Positions 27,851 to 42,149 of a stretch of DNA of 64,000 nt are shown here, piece by piece (positions within the stretch are counted from its first letter, which is position 1; each line of letters opens with the position of its first letter). Under the pieces are notes generated by a model that did not search any database, was not told where the DNA came from, and was given only the letters and a program-made list of their open reading frames with translations. Origin of the DNA: Nymphaea colorata (taxonomy: Eukaryota); NCBI RefSeq assembly GCF_008831285.2, contig NC_045138.2, positions 10,664,001 through 10,728,000 of the forward strand. Reading direction: 5' to 3'. The position numbers and the translations under genes are program-made.

Positions 27851-29092
27851 AGCAAATTATCATGTCCCATAGAATCATATATAAAATCAATTTTAGGATC
27901 GTAGAAATGCAACTCCTAAAACAATTCCTCTCTAGCGACAGATCTCACTAAACCTCCTTTATCCCAATTAAGAATTTTCATGATTTGGAGATTAGATTGA
28001 ATCGATCATGACTTTAATTACTTTCGTTAGGATTCAACATATCACTGGTTAAGAGGTTGGGCATTCATCATAGTCCCTTGATCCAAACTCAATTCTGCAG
28101 CATGAACCTCCTCAGTCTCACTGAAAACATCTTAACTGGCCATCACACCTAATTGGGTATTAGTAGTGTCCAAGCCCTTTTACCACTGCTACTCGAGTGA
28201 AAGAAATAGCATTATTTCTCTTCTTCTATTTCCCATCCACCCTATTTACTTTCTCAATCTCAGCTCCCACTTTTCTCTCTTTTCATCAACCTGGCAATTT
28301 TCCTTTCTATTTTTATCAAAGAAACTCTTCCCCAATGATTTATCTAAAGTAAACCCCACGCGGAACATAAAGTTGGATTACATCTTTTCTCCACAAAATA
28401 TTTTTCAGGCTTTAGATGTCTGATAGTCATCTCATTGATCATCTACCATAAGCTTCATATCATCTTTCTTAACCCAATGCCTCTGTGAATCCTCATTTGA
28501 GCCTTAGTGGTCTGCTTCTCAAGATTCATCTATCTGACCGCAACTCCTCCAAGGTCACTTCCATTTGTCCCCACATTCCCTATTGTCTTCAAGGACTTGA
28601 AATTGATTTTTCTGTTTGCCTTCAACCCTTCTAGATGACAACCCCTTGTTAGTCCCTCTCAGCCCATTTTCACCTTTGGGAGGCATTCCCATACTTGACC
28701 TCTTAGCCATCTTAATATTCAACTAGCCCTCATCTTGTTCCACCTCCCCATAGCAATCTCATGGCTTGTCTTATGCATCTTGCAATTCCCCATCGTATGA
28801 GTGGTTTTACAACATATTTTATATTTGATTTGAATCCCACTTCCTATAGCTAAACCTTCCTTCAAACTCCATTTCCACTAAATGAGGCATGAAGCAAAGC
28901 AACACCATGATACAGAGGAAAGCAAAGCTTGGCCTAGAGAGAGGAAATGAGTGAACACATCCACCTCCACCAGATCACCTCATGGCTATTGCTAATTCTC
29001 TAAAAAGCTTTCTATTCCACAAATAAGTGACCATACCAAGAGTACGAATCTACATAACAACACAATGTTTCTCTTCAATTTTCAGAGTCCCC

Positions 29093-29520
29093 TAGCTGGT
29101 ATGTGAATAGATCTGATTTAGATCAAATATTAGACTGGATCGTTATGAAAAATCGTATATGGAAAAAAATTTAATATCCAATTGAGGAATTAGGCCTTAA
29201 TTGGATTTGAAATGACATCCCATCAGATTTGATTCAGATAAACATAAATATTCAATCGAATTCAAACTCGGATTCAGATTGGATTTAGTTTTTAATAAAT
29301 ATCATAATGTGAATGCCCCTACGTTTTGATTGACCAGATTCGATCCATAATTTGGATTTAGACGTGAATGTGAAAATTGGATTTGGATTGTGAAATATGG
29401 TTTTAGATTCGGATTTGTATATGACTTCTTTGTTCGTATTTGAATATGAACATGTAATATCCATTAAAGCAGATATGGATAAAAGTAATATGATTTGGAT
29501 CCAATCCATTGACATCCCTA
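29093..29520. mobile_element. MITE, TAGGGATGTCAA-type terminus
   Basis: Ends ccattgacatcccta; internal ggatt/aatcc repeats. Confidence 0.6.
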
Positions 29521-30516
29521 CACCTGGCTTCCAATAATGATCCACTAGCATTCTTCCTCCTACTTTCTAGACTCTTCTTCATAGCACAGGTGATGATTCC
29601 ATTTTGGAGTCAACACGGACAAGCAAAGCCCCATGTCCAAGGAAAGAAAACCTTGGATTGTTGATTTCTTGCTACAAAGATCTCACATCACAATGTATCC
29701 AAACTCCATGCTAACACCACCTTCATTGCCTCCAACTTTTCATTTGGAACCAACTTTTCATTTGGAATCAAGATTCTTAGTCTCTCTACTATCATCTGAA
29801 TTTCTAATTTTCTTCCATCGTCACTCTCACCCATCCGAACTCTAGGTAACATTTTTCAGCCCATGATTGAGTGGTTGGAAGCTTCCTTGGCTTCATTAAG
29901 ATTAGGGTTTCGAGGAGCAAACCCTCCTTTCCACCTCTTTCTTTCCTTGCCTAAAAGTTGAATTCAATTAGCTATTTTTTTAGTACTACTACTTAGAACA
30001 ATGCAACAACACAATTAAATCAAAAGAAACATTGACTTGGTAACCAAAAAATATAGAAAATTTTATCCAATATTCACTATGCATCTAATTTTTTTGACAA
30101 ACTGGATAGAAAGAAGTTGCAAACAAATGCTTTGAAAAATATTACATTAGCAAATACCTTAAGCAATAAGGTTTTGGAAATGGAAAAAGTGTATAAAAGA
30201 AAAATGAATGTTTGAAAAGTCAAACACTCTATAAGAAGGTCAATATCACTAAACGATAATATAATTTTTTTTCCTTTTTAAGACCCCAATAGTAAAAGTT
30301 AGCCTATTTGTCCTTGAGGGGGTTGGCACGACGTTCGATGGAGGCTGGTCGGTGACCAGTTTCCATTTCAAATCTCTATAGTATTGAAATATTGTCGCAC
30401 ATTGTTTTATAAATCCACCCTAATTTTTAGACAAATTCATCGAACAGTACCAACTTGTTATTATTGCCAAACACCTCATCAATCGTCACTTTTTGCCAAA
30501 CTTGATCTCTATAAAC

Positions 30517-30945
30517 TAGGCCTAAACAATGAGTCAAGTTCGAGCTGACCCACCTTGTAAATGAGTTGAGTACGAGTCTGGAGCCCCAGTTCTAGCTGAC
30601 TCATCTCATAAACAAGTTGAGTTCGAGTCATTTGTTTGCATGAGTCAAGTTTGAATTCACTTAAATTGACTTATGAAGCTTGAGTCAACTTGTGAAGTTT
30701 GTGCATCAAAGTAAAAGACAATGACAACCTTTTTCTGTCTCTCTCAACTACATATTTAATGGTCGTTTTTCTCTCCCTCTCCATTAATTTCTTTCTCTCT
30801 CTTTTTCTCTCCTTAACTCACAGTTTCTCTCTCTCCATTGATTACTCTCTCTCCCTCTCCCAATTAACTCACCCTCTTTCTCTCTCATATTGTAACTGGG
30901 GGACTTTTTGTCCTCAAATTTTGGTATAGATTCTCATTTTATTGG

Positions 30946-30984
<39 letters not shown>

Positions 30985-31328
30985 TTACTGTTATCTGATA
31001 ACACTCATTTCTCATTTCATTATATCAATAGACAACACCCTCCTGGTTTAGATATTATTTTAAATTTTTTTACATTCACAAAGTTAGTAGCAAAATATTT
31101 TGGTTAAAAGTTTGTAATTCAAAAAAATTTCCCCCATTCTCTTTCCTTCATATTTGTAGCTAAACAAGCTTAAACGAGTCGATGGGTTGAGCTCGAAGTT
31201 GACATTATCGATCAAGTTGAGCTTGAACTAATGTTCTTAAGATTGACTTGAGCCAAGCAAAATAAGAGTTGAGACAAACTTGAGCTAACTGAACTAGAGC
31301 TCGACTTGGCTCGTGTTCAAGCCTCCTA
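30517..31328. mobile_element. Degenerate GAGTCGAG-family non-autonomous element
   Basis: gagtcaag/ctcgac arms flanking a CT-rich core. Confidence 0.5.
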
Positions 31329-31409
31329 GAAACTATACGTTGACAAACAAATCTCCAAATCAACTCATCCGTGCCCTTGTTCAATTGCACACTACAACAA
31401 AATAGGACT

Positions 31410-33345
31410 GATTAATTACCATTCCACCTGAGAAGTTGTCTACTATAATTAGAAACTACTCCCTCCCTGAGTAACTCAGATCTTATTCAACATCCATATA
31501 AGGTTTCCTTTGAAAGGTATGCTCAAAGGATCCCCTTGCCATGGATCAAGCCAGAAGTTGGCCAAAGTACCATGTTTAACTTTAACATTCCATACAATCT
31601 CCTTCTCCTCTTCTAACACTTCATTATATCTTTCCAAAGAGGAAAATGAAATCCATAACGAGCATTCCTCCTAATCCAATATTTAGTTCTACATTTGCAA
31701 GCCCACAACCCCTGGTTTGAAAGAGCTATACATCTCAAATAAGTAAGGATTGCTATATTGACCTCCTCTAGTTTCCTAAGGCCTACTCCACCTTCAATGG
31801 TGGCAAGAACAAAGTTTTATATGAAACCAAATGAGGCCTGCAATGACTACTAAAGTCTCCCCATTGGAATTTCATTCTAATAAGTGGGCTTACAGAAATG
31901 CTCAAATTGTCTTTATAGGACATAATCTGCCAGTATAGAAGAGTGATCTCCCTTTCCAAACACTCAATTTCATATCAACCCAGCTGGAGAATAGGCCTCC
32001 TACCTTTTATTAAACAAAAATGGCCATACAAAGAGCGAGCATTTATGCGATCTTTACAAAATGATTAAGCATAACTACAGTATCAGAACTTGACTCAATA
32101 CAAAGAACAACAAACCTATGCCTATGAGCCTTCACCCTATCCAAGACACCAAGCAAAGGGGATTTCTCTTCTAGGCGACCCTTGAGCCACCTAAGCCAAG
32201 ATCCATTGTTGGAGACAAAGAAGATGTTCCATCATCGTCCACAAAATTATGGCATTTAAGGCTTCTTCCAACAAAAGAGATAGTAGTTTGGTAACCTGCT
32301 AGGAAAAACTTATATCCCCAAGTCAAGCTTCACCGATGCTACCTCTTTGAATTCCAAGCACACCAATCCTGCAGTCCTCCTTTCTGTGGGTGAGAATCTG
32401 GATACAAGAGTCCTTCTCCATAACGCTAGGTTAGGCTCCAACCAAAGAGCCATTGTTAATCCAAAACTCCATCTCGCAACTGTCATTAGATTCCTTGTTA
32501 AAATATCACCGTGAAGTTCTCTTCACATGTTTTACACATTCTTATGCAATGCTCTTAGGGGAAAAGGAGTTGGTGCCATGAAGTACACCATTTCTGTTAG
32601 TCCATAGCTTCCATACAGGTACTGGAAACAGATCATCCAACACTTCACGAGCCAACCAAGTTTAAAGCTGGCTAAGTAGCACCATTTCAATTCCACTAAG
32701 AAGCTTTTATGAGTTCAATTTGTTTTGTAGCTTTCAGAATAAAGTCATCTGATGAAGAAGCACTAAGCGGTCAGATGAGGTAATCCTAAAATGCTTGATA
32801 AAGAAAAAGCCCATGCACCCAGTCAAACTGCTGAGGATTGCACCTATACCCAAATCCTCAAAAAATTAGGTGAAAAATGCGATTTGCCCACATTTATATG
32901 CTTACCAGCCCCCTTTGGAATTTCATATAAAGTAGTTGTGATATTCCTTAAGGACTTGCAAGTAGCTTTAGAAAATATAAGGATGGCATCAGCACAAACA
33001 ATTGAATTAACTCCAACAATACCTCTATCCTAGGTGGGACATGTCTCGTAACTCCTGAATTCAGCCTGCTAACTATCATTTCTATAAAAATAAAAAGCAA
33101 GGGAGAGGAGATCGCTTTGTCTTAATCCTTTCTCACTATTAAAAATCTCACCCTCTTTGCCATTGACAAGTAAAGCATAGAGTCCATTTAACACGCAAGC
33201 CATAACTCTATCTGTCCAAAACTGATTAAAACTAAGGTAAGAGAGATTTGCCTACGGGAAATTCCAGTTAACACAATCATAGGCCTTGGAAAGATCAACT
33301 TCTAAACAAAATCATCTCAGGAGTCTAAAGTCTTACCTTGCAACA
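31410..33345 (-). mobile_element. L1-type LINE reverse transcriptase remnants (probably two fragments)
   Basis: VDLSKAYDCVNW, LRQSDLLS, ADAILIF, and post-RT KLSVWKGRSLFYTGR and GGVGLRKL motifs, with stops. Confidence 0.8.
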
Positions 33346-33469
33346 TTACTCATGGTAGTCGGCAGTCACACCGGTGCAGTTAATGCCACAAAATTTGAAA
33401 GATACTAAAGATTGAATAAAAAGAGTATGTTTATTACATTTATTGAGCATGACTTGTGACCTAACCTTT

Positions 33470-33849
<380 letters not shown>

Positions 33850-34261
33850 CAGTAAACCAAATCATTTTTTAAAACATGGTTATGATAAAACACCGTTTTC
33901 ACAGCCTATTCGTCCAAACACTACCTAAAAGTTTTAGCTATAAAACTTGTAAAAAAAAAAGGAATAAAATTTCCCTATGCATGAACTTCCCATGTTGACC
34001 CCCCATTGGAAAATCAAGTTGCATGCTCACAAGTTAGTTTGGCGCATAAGAAGACTGAGATGCCCCTCCAATAAAAGGGACAAACCTCATAACGGTAAAA
34101 AAAAAAAAAAAAAAAAAGAGAACAACCTGAAACGATAGAAGTACCTAGAACACACACCTTACTTATTTCTATACATCAACTGGAAAAATCTGTAACAGCT
34201 TTGAGAGCGTTAATTTGGTACATCGGTGCAGGTCAGTAGCTGGTAAGCAGCCCATTAGTGG

Positions 34262-34760
34262 TAGGATGTACACGAGCTGAGTTGAGCAGGGACGTACACG
34301 AGCTGAGCTGAGCTAGAGCTTGGTCAACTCGACTCGACTTGACTCGACTCATATCTTGCACAGCTAGAGCTCGAGTCGAGCTCTACAATGTCAATTTGAG
34401 CTCAAGTCAAGTTACAAAAGATCAGCTCGACTCAATAGACCAAGTCTCGGCTCAAAGTTTGAATTGTTTTAAGCTTTTCTATCAACTCCTCATTTGACTT
34501 GATCTCTTTCCTTAATTTTAAGTTTGAAAAATACCAAAAAAAAAAACACACACACACACACACACATAGATTAAACCAGCTTACTCGATTTCAATCGAAT
34601 CAAGTTCATGTAACTCGAACTCGACTCATTGATAAGTTCAAGTTCAAGTTTTCAGTTACGCTGCAGCTCAACTAGTTCACAAACAACTGGAGCTTAAGTC
34701 TAGCTTAACTGAATGAGTTGGGGTCGAGATTGAGCCGGCTCGACTCATTGTACAACCCTA
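34262..34760. mobile_element. MITE, GAGTCGAG family (hAT-like)
   Basis: taggatgtacac ... tgtacaacccta termini. Confidence 0.65.
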
Positions 34761-35010
34761 ACTATTGAGAGTTGCATCAACATGGGCACCAAAGGTAGAA
34801 TTAAGTTACTAGTGGATGTGCACTGAGGTGGGGATGGTAAATAACTGTTAAATGTATTGGCGGCAAGGATTCTAACAGATTCATACAACACTTTACGAAG
34901 GGTTTCATGAATGTGTTGCAATATTTAAAACAAATACATGAAACAGTAGCATGTTGTTCTTGCTCCCTAAAGGTTTCACATGGAGCACCGATGCAAACCC
35001 TAAAAGAGGG

Positions 35011-35180
35011 TCTCTCACTTGACATCGGGATACTCCTTCCTCCACCCAAAAAATCTCTCCCTCGGACGATAGGATACTCGTTCCACCATCAAAAGATGGC
35101 TCTCACTCAAGCGGTAGGATACTTATTCCCTCCTCAAAAAATGGCTCTCACTCGAGCGGCGGTAAGATACTCATTCCGCC
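35011..35180 (+). repeat. Four ~45-bp tandem repeats upstream of the gene
   Basis: ctctcactc...ggatact..ttcc..c..caaaa recurring. Confidence 0.7.
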
Positions 35181-35567
35181 AGGAAAAAAAAAAAAAAAAG
35201 TCTACCATGAAACCCCACAATATATAACTTTCGAATCACTCGCATTAAATAACAGATAATACATGGACTCAAATAGTAAATTAAGGTAAAAAATATCTTC
35301 CTTGACAATGCTAACAGAGTTTATCCGGGGGTGGGCGCCACCGACTACTGCTTAAGAAAGACGGCAAATGCGATGGTAAGTAAGCGCCCGCAATCATAAG
35401 CTTCATTGGCTTCCTTGTTTAGTTCCGTCTCCGCCTCCCTCCTTCCTCCATAAAAAAGCAGCCTTGACGTGGGCTTCTCTCTGCCCTCTGATCAACCTGC
35501 CCTCTTCTTCCTCTTCCTCTTCCTCTTCCTCGATCGGGCCTTGGGCTATCCATCTTTTTCAGAGAAC

Positions 35568-38500
35568 ATGGAAGACGTAGATGGTTGGGAATTGCTTGCA
35601 GGGGATGGATCTCTTGAGGGGGGGAAAGGAGAACCCATCCCTAGAGAAGTTGAGACCGATCATGGCGCCTTACTTGACGCCAGTTACTTCATCTGCCCTG
35701 CTTCTCCATCTCATCCTCCTCATATCCATCCCACGACAGGCTCTGAAACTGCTCTCGATCCCATGGCGGTTGATGAGACTAAGGATGAGGCAGGACCCGC
35801 AGAAGAGATCAAGGAGATTCCGGTTGTTGATGTCAGCGTAGTGGAGGAAGTTGTCGGTGATAAGGTGGTGATAGAGGAGAACAAATTCGTCGACATGAAA
35901 GTGGCAGACCTGCCGGAAATCGGCAAGAAGGATCTGCTTCAAGAAGCAGTCAAATCGAATGTTGATAATGATTTGGGCGTTTGCGAGTCAGTTCCTGTGA
36001 AGGAGGCGGCGGCCTTTGTCGGTGGCTTGGTGGAAGAAGAGAAGAGCGGCAGCGATGGTAGCAGCGGTGGCAGTGGAGGCGGTTTTGGGATTTGGGGATG
36101 GAGGGTGACGGGACTAGGCGCTCTGTGTTCGTTGGGCGTCGCTGCTGCTACCATCTGCATCATATTACTTGGTCGCCAGAGGCAGATGCAGCGGCAGCAG
36201 CAGAGCCAGAAGTTCAGATTCAATTCCTGCGGCGATGAATCGGTTAGTGTTTTTCCTTTCTTTTCCATCTATTTAGTAGCGTTAAATCGTAGTTCAGTTG
36301 AGAACGCAACTCCATCAACCGTAGTGATCGGCTCGCTCCATTCCCCTTTTCTAAAGGTGCGTTCGATTGCCTTGAAAAAACATTTGGAACCTAAAATTGA
36401 AGTCTTGGAAGACAAAGTACACTTCGCATTGTTCATGATAAATATTTTAAACATTTTCCGTTATCTAATCGAGGAAAGTAACTTTTTATAGAAAGTAGGT
36501 ATCCAAAGAAATTGCTGGCTATCAAAACACCCCGAAAAACATGCTAATCTCCACTGTCAATTTTTCATACCAGTGTTACTAATCATAGACGTGGAAGAAG
36601 AAATAAGAGCTTCGCCCTGCAATTCTTGCCCGATCTTGGGTAGAAATTTTAGGGGCAGTTATGGATTCTGCTTGTCAACGGGGCAATCATAAGATTAGCA
36701 AGTAAGTTAAGGCGACCTTGCCTATGGCAAGTTGAAAATGGCGATTAAGTTCTTGTAAGACTTTCTAGACAGAGGTGAAAAGCAAGAACAGCAGCCTCAC
36801 CCCTGCCATGCTTCCGGGGCCTCTGGGGTTCAGGAGACTTTCTGGCCCAAATTTTATGAAGCTGGAAGGGAACCTTGAATTCGACAAATTGTCAGAGATG
36901 GGAGAAAAGGTGACTGGTATTTGTTTAAGATTTAAAACGGCTTTCTATAAAGATACAGTTGTGTTCAGGTGGCATCTTCAAAATATGATGCTACTACTTT
37001 ATTTTTTACTACTTTTTCGAGTCTGATTTCTGTGTTTGGATCCCAAGTCAAAAGGAGTTTTATATGGAAAAACAGAGGGAAGGCTAGGTGGTTTATGCTT
37101 TTTTAAAACGCCATTTTGTCAGAGCTGAGTTTTTTTGTAGACCCGGCTTCGACTATCCAAACATACTTTAAATGTTATATACCCTTCAACGTCGTTTTGC
37201 CTCCAAAACAATGTTTCTAGAGCTCATCTTCTTGATCAATTTCCTTCATGGGCTACTTAAGGTGAGAAAATGGAATAAAAAAAAAAAAAAAACCCTGCTT
37301 TTGAGGATGATCTCCTTGAATTGGTGCTGATCTGGTGTTCCTTAATGGGAGATATGATCAAGTTGGGTAGAGGGGAAATTGTTTTAAGCTTGTGCTTTGG
37401 GAAGATAGGGCGAGTTTTTCGACTCATAGCATGCGTGAGACTTTTCTCCTTCATCTTTTCTGTCACGACTTAGAGGAGATCGAGTGTTTGGGGATTGCGG
37501 TGGGCCATTGGATTAACGATGGTTCCTCCCATGCCTTTAAGACATAAACAAAGACATAAAAAGATGGGTCTTTGATTCTCGGTGAGCAAAAGCTGACCAA
37601 CCAATGGTTTAAGCTTCCTTTTCCTGTTGCCTTCAATGGCCTCCAAGATCTGAGACTGTATTGAACCTTTGTGTGGATTCAAAGCACTGCCAACTTGGTG
37701 TTGCTTATGACCTACAAGCAGGGGATCTAGGGCTGTACAACTGGTCGAGTCAACTCAAGTTGTACTCGAACTCACTCCGTTGAACTTGATTCGAGCTCAA
37801 TGCTTTTAAAACGAGTCAAGCTCGTGCTTAACTTAAAACTTAAACTTCTCAATAGGTCGAGTTCGAGTTATATAAGCTTGGTTCGAGTACGCTTGTCTAA
37901 CTTAGGTTTTTTTTTGTTTTTTAATTTCCAAACATAATTAATTAAGGAAGGAGATCAAGGCAAATGGGGAGTTGGTAAACAAGCTCAAATGAGTTGAACT
38001 CGAGCCGATACTCGGTCTATCAAATCTGAGTTTGAGCTGGCCTTGTCCAGCTCGACTCGACCTGAGCACATAATATGAGTAGAGTTGACCGAGCTTGAGG
38101 TTGACTCTGCTTGTATACAGCCCTAATAGCATCTACCAGCATCTGGGGGATGGAATTAATAGCGTGACACCTTCAAGCCAACCAGCTGGAGCGGCCATTT
38201 TTTATCCCCTGAACGACGGTAGAGGGAACATGGCCCTTCTTGACTGGGGGGTGTTCAGTAGTGGCCATCGACGCCTCAAGTTTTGATAATTTCAATTTAC
38301 TGGTTAAAATTTTTTTAAAAAAAATCGTTAGGCCCCTATAGAATTTTGGAAGAAATAAAGGTTACACTTATTAAAAATTTCAAAAATTTTGTTTAGTGGT
38401 TGCACAATTGTCTGGCCTCCCTAAAATGGAATCTTATCTGCCTCCTGAGTTTTTTTTTTTTTTTTTTTTGTAAATAAAATTTTCCATATAAAATTTACCA

Positions 38501-39964
38501 GAATTTCACTTGGCCCCCTTCAAACTTTTAAAAAATTATATAATGGCTCTGCTAGGAAAAAACATCCTACCACCGCCCATAACCCTCTGGCTGGTGGCTG
38601 GGTCTCAGTTAATATGCTTTGTATTATTCTGAGAGGTGCAACAGAAATTTCCCTGACAACCCCCGTTTTAAGGTTGTGTTTGATTTGCTTGAGTATTGTG
38701 GAGATGGAACATGATGTTCTCATCCACCACACCCAGAAGGTTCATTAGTGTTTTAACACCAGGTAAAGTCGTGCAGCTGAGACCAACAAGATGAAAATCT
38801 CAGATACTGTAGATAATCTAAGAATATCCAGAAACAACTATAAAAGAAGGGAATAACGAAAGCTATAATTCCAGGCAGACAAGAAATACTCATTCCCCTC
38901 TTCAATCGCCCACGCGTCCAATCAATGTTGGTTTTCTTGTCTAGATAAAGCAAAGTAGTAATCATGATAAGGCGTAAAACTGTGGCACTTTCAAGGCTTT
39001 TACAATTTTCTGTTTTTGATAACTACAAAGGGAGGACTAACCTTACTAGGAACGGGTATGTAACGTTCGGATCTGGTATATATCTAGATTAGCACTTATG
39101 AACCAAATTTAAACTACTACGATAATAAATCTGAGTCTAAATGGATCCCATGGGTCCAGGCCCTGTCATCTTGCACTCTGCGTCATTGTTATGATCTACA
39201 TTATTTGGGGAATGCAATTCGGAGAGGGCGACTTCACTTTACTTTCGGAGAATCATGTTCGATTTAAAATTAGGGGACCAATTAGCGATTCTTGGACCAA
39301 CCAAAAACCAGTACCATCTCATCTGCAAAACGGTTTCTTTGGGTCCTTTTGACTTGTTTACCTGCATTAAGTTGCCATCCACATGGAAATTTTTGGTATA
39401 AAAACTAGAAATGCCGAGTCGATATAGACCAATATTCTTCTTACAGGTAATATTATTCTGTGGGAAAGAGACCTTCCACCCAACTTGGATATGCCTTTTT
39501 TATGACTGCTGCAAATGGGCCCAATATGAGACAAGCTAAAATGCACTAATGGTGAGACCCTCTCCAATACAATACAATACAATACAATATGGAACAGTTA
39601 AACGTACATTAATGGTGGTTTGGCAGCAGAGATACTCTCATGAACCTGCTTCCAGTTTCCGGAAAGTTTCATGGAACACATCTGAGTGTGTCCATGATGC
39701 CAAACGACCTGTCGGATTGGAACTCAAGTTTTGGGGCTCAAACACTAGCTAATAAACTGGACTTGTTCTTCGACCATGCCTATTCATGCGGTAATACTTG
39801 TTAGTTAGTGATGGGTTATGATTGAGTTAGTGATACGGTTTCTGCAGAGGATTAAGCAGGCAGTTCGCCAAGCCAGTAGACTGAACCAAGCAATGTCAGC
39901 TGTTCGGGGTGTTCCTTTTACAGGAGCGCAGATTACCTTTGGGGGTTCTTATAATGGTCTCTGA
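35568..39964 (+). CDS. Single-pass membrane protein, At4g13530/DUF6821-like; exons 35568-36242 and 39848-39964, 263 aa
   Basis: MEDVDGWELL start, acidic region, TM helix (GLGALCSLGVAAATICIILLG), phase-0 GT..AG intron 36243-39847, exon 2 RIKQAVRQASRLNQAMSAVRGVPFTGAQITFGGSYNGL*; high GC; CATAAAAA and a CT-rich leader upstream. Confidence 0.85.
37728..38125. mobile_element. Intronic MITE, GAGTCGAG family
   Basis: TIR TAGGGCTGTA / TACAGCCCTA; flanks aggggatc/atagcatc match 5 of 8. Confidence 0.8.
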
Positions 39965-41625
39965 GATGCAGAAAAGAAATGTCTGGCATTCCCACTTAAG
40001 TAAAAACATTGCATGCAGAAACCGAAGATATTGCAGGGGAGGAGATACTGCATTCCCATATTGGTGGTTTTTAGTTTGTCACTATCATAGTGGACTGCAT
40101 ATTTACTGGTATGGATGCTTTTGGTGTACAGTTTGTCTTGTTGAATACGTGATGTGATATATATGGTTTACCCTAAATTACTTCATTTTGGGTGATCAGA
40201 ATATTTTGTTTTCTGTTATATTTATTAATCGTACTGAATCATGTATGACCGAAAGGTTTCACCAATCCTTTCTAATCTATCAATTTACCGTATACAGTGT
40301 TTTAAATCAATTTAAAATATTTTAAACTATTATTAGCTAGAAGAAAAGGATGACATGGACAAACGCCTGTCGGCGAAAAATACTGATATTATCCGTCCAT
40401 TTCCTATAGGCCGTTCAATGAAGTGCTTGATCAAATTCAAATTTTTTTAAGGTTTTCTTGTCCCAAGTTCAACTTTACTTACAGTTGACACATTCATCCT
40501 TGCCTTGGTGACAACTCGATCCATAGTTTACCTCTTGGTCTGTCTGGTTGGCCAAAATATTTTAAAAAATGGAAATTAAAACATGAAAACCTACCTAGTT
40601 TTCTGTTTTTTGTTGTTCGAATAAAGATTAACCAAAAGAAAATAAAAATCCGATATCAGAAAGTCAAAATTCCAGGTATCCGGTGTCTTTTTTAACAACA
40701 TAATGAGTGAGTGGGATGGGCTACCAAGTTTTAGAATCCATCTGTCGGAGCAACTCATGGAAACTAGGGAGGATACAGAGAGACCAAAGTAGGCAAATTA
40801 GCGAGAGTAAATATTCAAAAAGGTTCGGCAATGGAACCCATACGGCCAAGGCAGCTGTGGGCACTGACCCAGGAAAAATTTGCTTATTTATATATCGGAT
40901 TCAAGGTAATTTTTCTCATATTAATGCTTCTTAAAAATATTAAATTTTATTACTATTGCCCCTGCATATGGGTCAATCTAATTTTTGCATAGGGAGACCT
41001 CACCGTTGTATAGTTGGCGCTTTGGATTTTCCTACCGCCTCACCAGCAAAGGAGATAAGAAGTTTTATTTTAAAAATCATTTTATTAGAAACTTTGAAGC
41101 TGTTTTTCATAATTGATGAATGGGGCTCTCTCATCTGTTATGTTACAGAGAAGTTATCACTCATGGTCATAATCCCACGTCTCTCGCATGGCCATGAGAT
41201 TGCTAATTTGTTCTGAGCAGCTTCATTCAGAGTCAATCACGAGGTTTTTTTTATATCCGAGTTTTTCCATTGCAGCTCACTATAAGTTCAAAGTAAGTTA
41301 CCTAAATACTTTATATTTCATAAATTGAATTCGTTGGTTATGCGTTTCTGGTATCTAAGGCTCGGCAGCCCAGCCCAAGGCTCAACAAAGTTGGGGACGG
41401 CTGGGCTGGCCGGAAAGCCTTGCCGGCTGCTCAAGTTCAACCAGCTTAGTTATTGGGTCAGGCCTTCCATGTTCACATCTATTTGAAACCAGCCTTAACA
41501 TTTCATATTTTAATACTAAAACAGTTATCAAGCGACATGTAAAAGCTTCTAAGGGAGTTATCGGCAATGCTCCAAGAGTTTCCAAGAGAGACGAATGAAA
41601 CAAAATAAAAAATATGAAGAGATAA

Positions 41626-41656
<31 letters not shown>

Positions 41657-42149
41657 CAAGCCAAGAAGCCAGCATGCCCCGGTGTGTTTACAAATGGGGC
41701 ACAGAAACGGATCTCACAAATGGAGCTATAACGGTCCGATCGTTGTTTATCGGACGGTTTATATTTTAATTGAAAAATAAGAGAAACAGAGAGGGGGTCC
41801 CCTTCTCGCCTCTCAATTCTCATTCCCCCTTCTTCACTCTCTCTCCTCTCGCCACCTCATGACTTCCTCCCTCATGCTTGCTTTTTGTGCCTTTCCCCAT
41901 CCCTCCTCTCCCTCGTTGCCCTCCCCATTGATGGTGACAATAGTTGTCGGCGACCATTTCAGACCAAGGGAACGGTGACGACGAAAAACACACAGGTAGG
42001 CCTCCTTCCTCTCTCGCTCTCTCGCGCTCTCTCTCTCTCTTTGTGTATAAAAGGGGATGCTCTCTGGCAGCCTCTTTCTTTTTTCTTTTTGTGGGCACTG
42101 CCGGGAAGCGCAGCCCATTCGATTGTGTTCGTTGCTCATGGAGCACATG

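Larger units (their letters stand above)
26990..29900 (-). mobile_element. L1-type LINE remnant (ORF1 + endonuclease region)
   Basis: ORF1-like GDLVEVDVFT...RPSFAFLCI and a zinc-knuckle-like CCKTTHTMGNC; endonuclease-like KDFNKF..DL and RHLDWTMVNNIW; many stops; MITE inserted at 29093-29520. Confidence 0.55.

Noticed and set aside
35469..36491. 340-aa ORF as a single-exon gene
   Set aside because: The GTG start lies in the CT-rich leader and the 3' part is intron read-through; the spliced 263-aa model restores the conserved C-terminus
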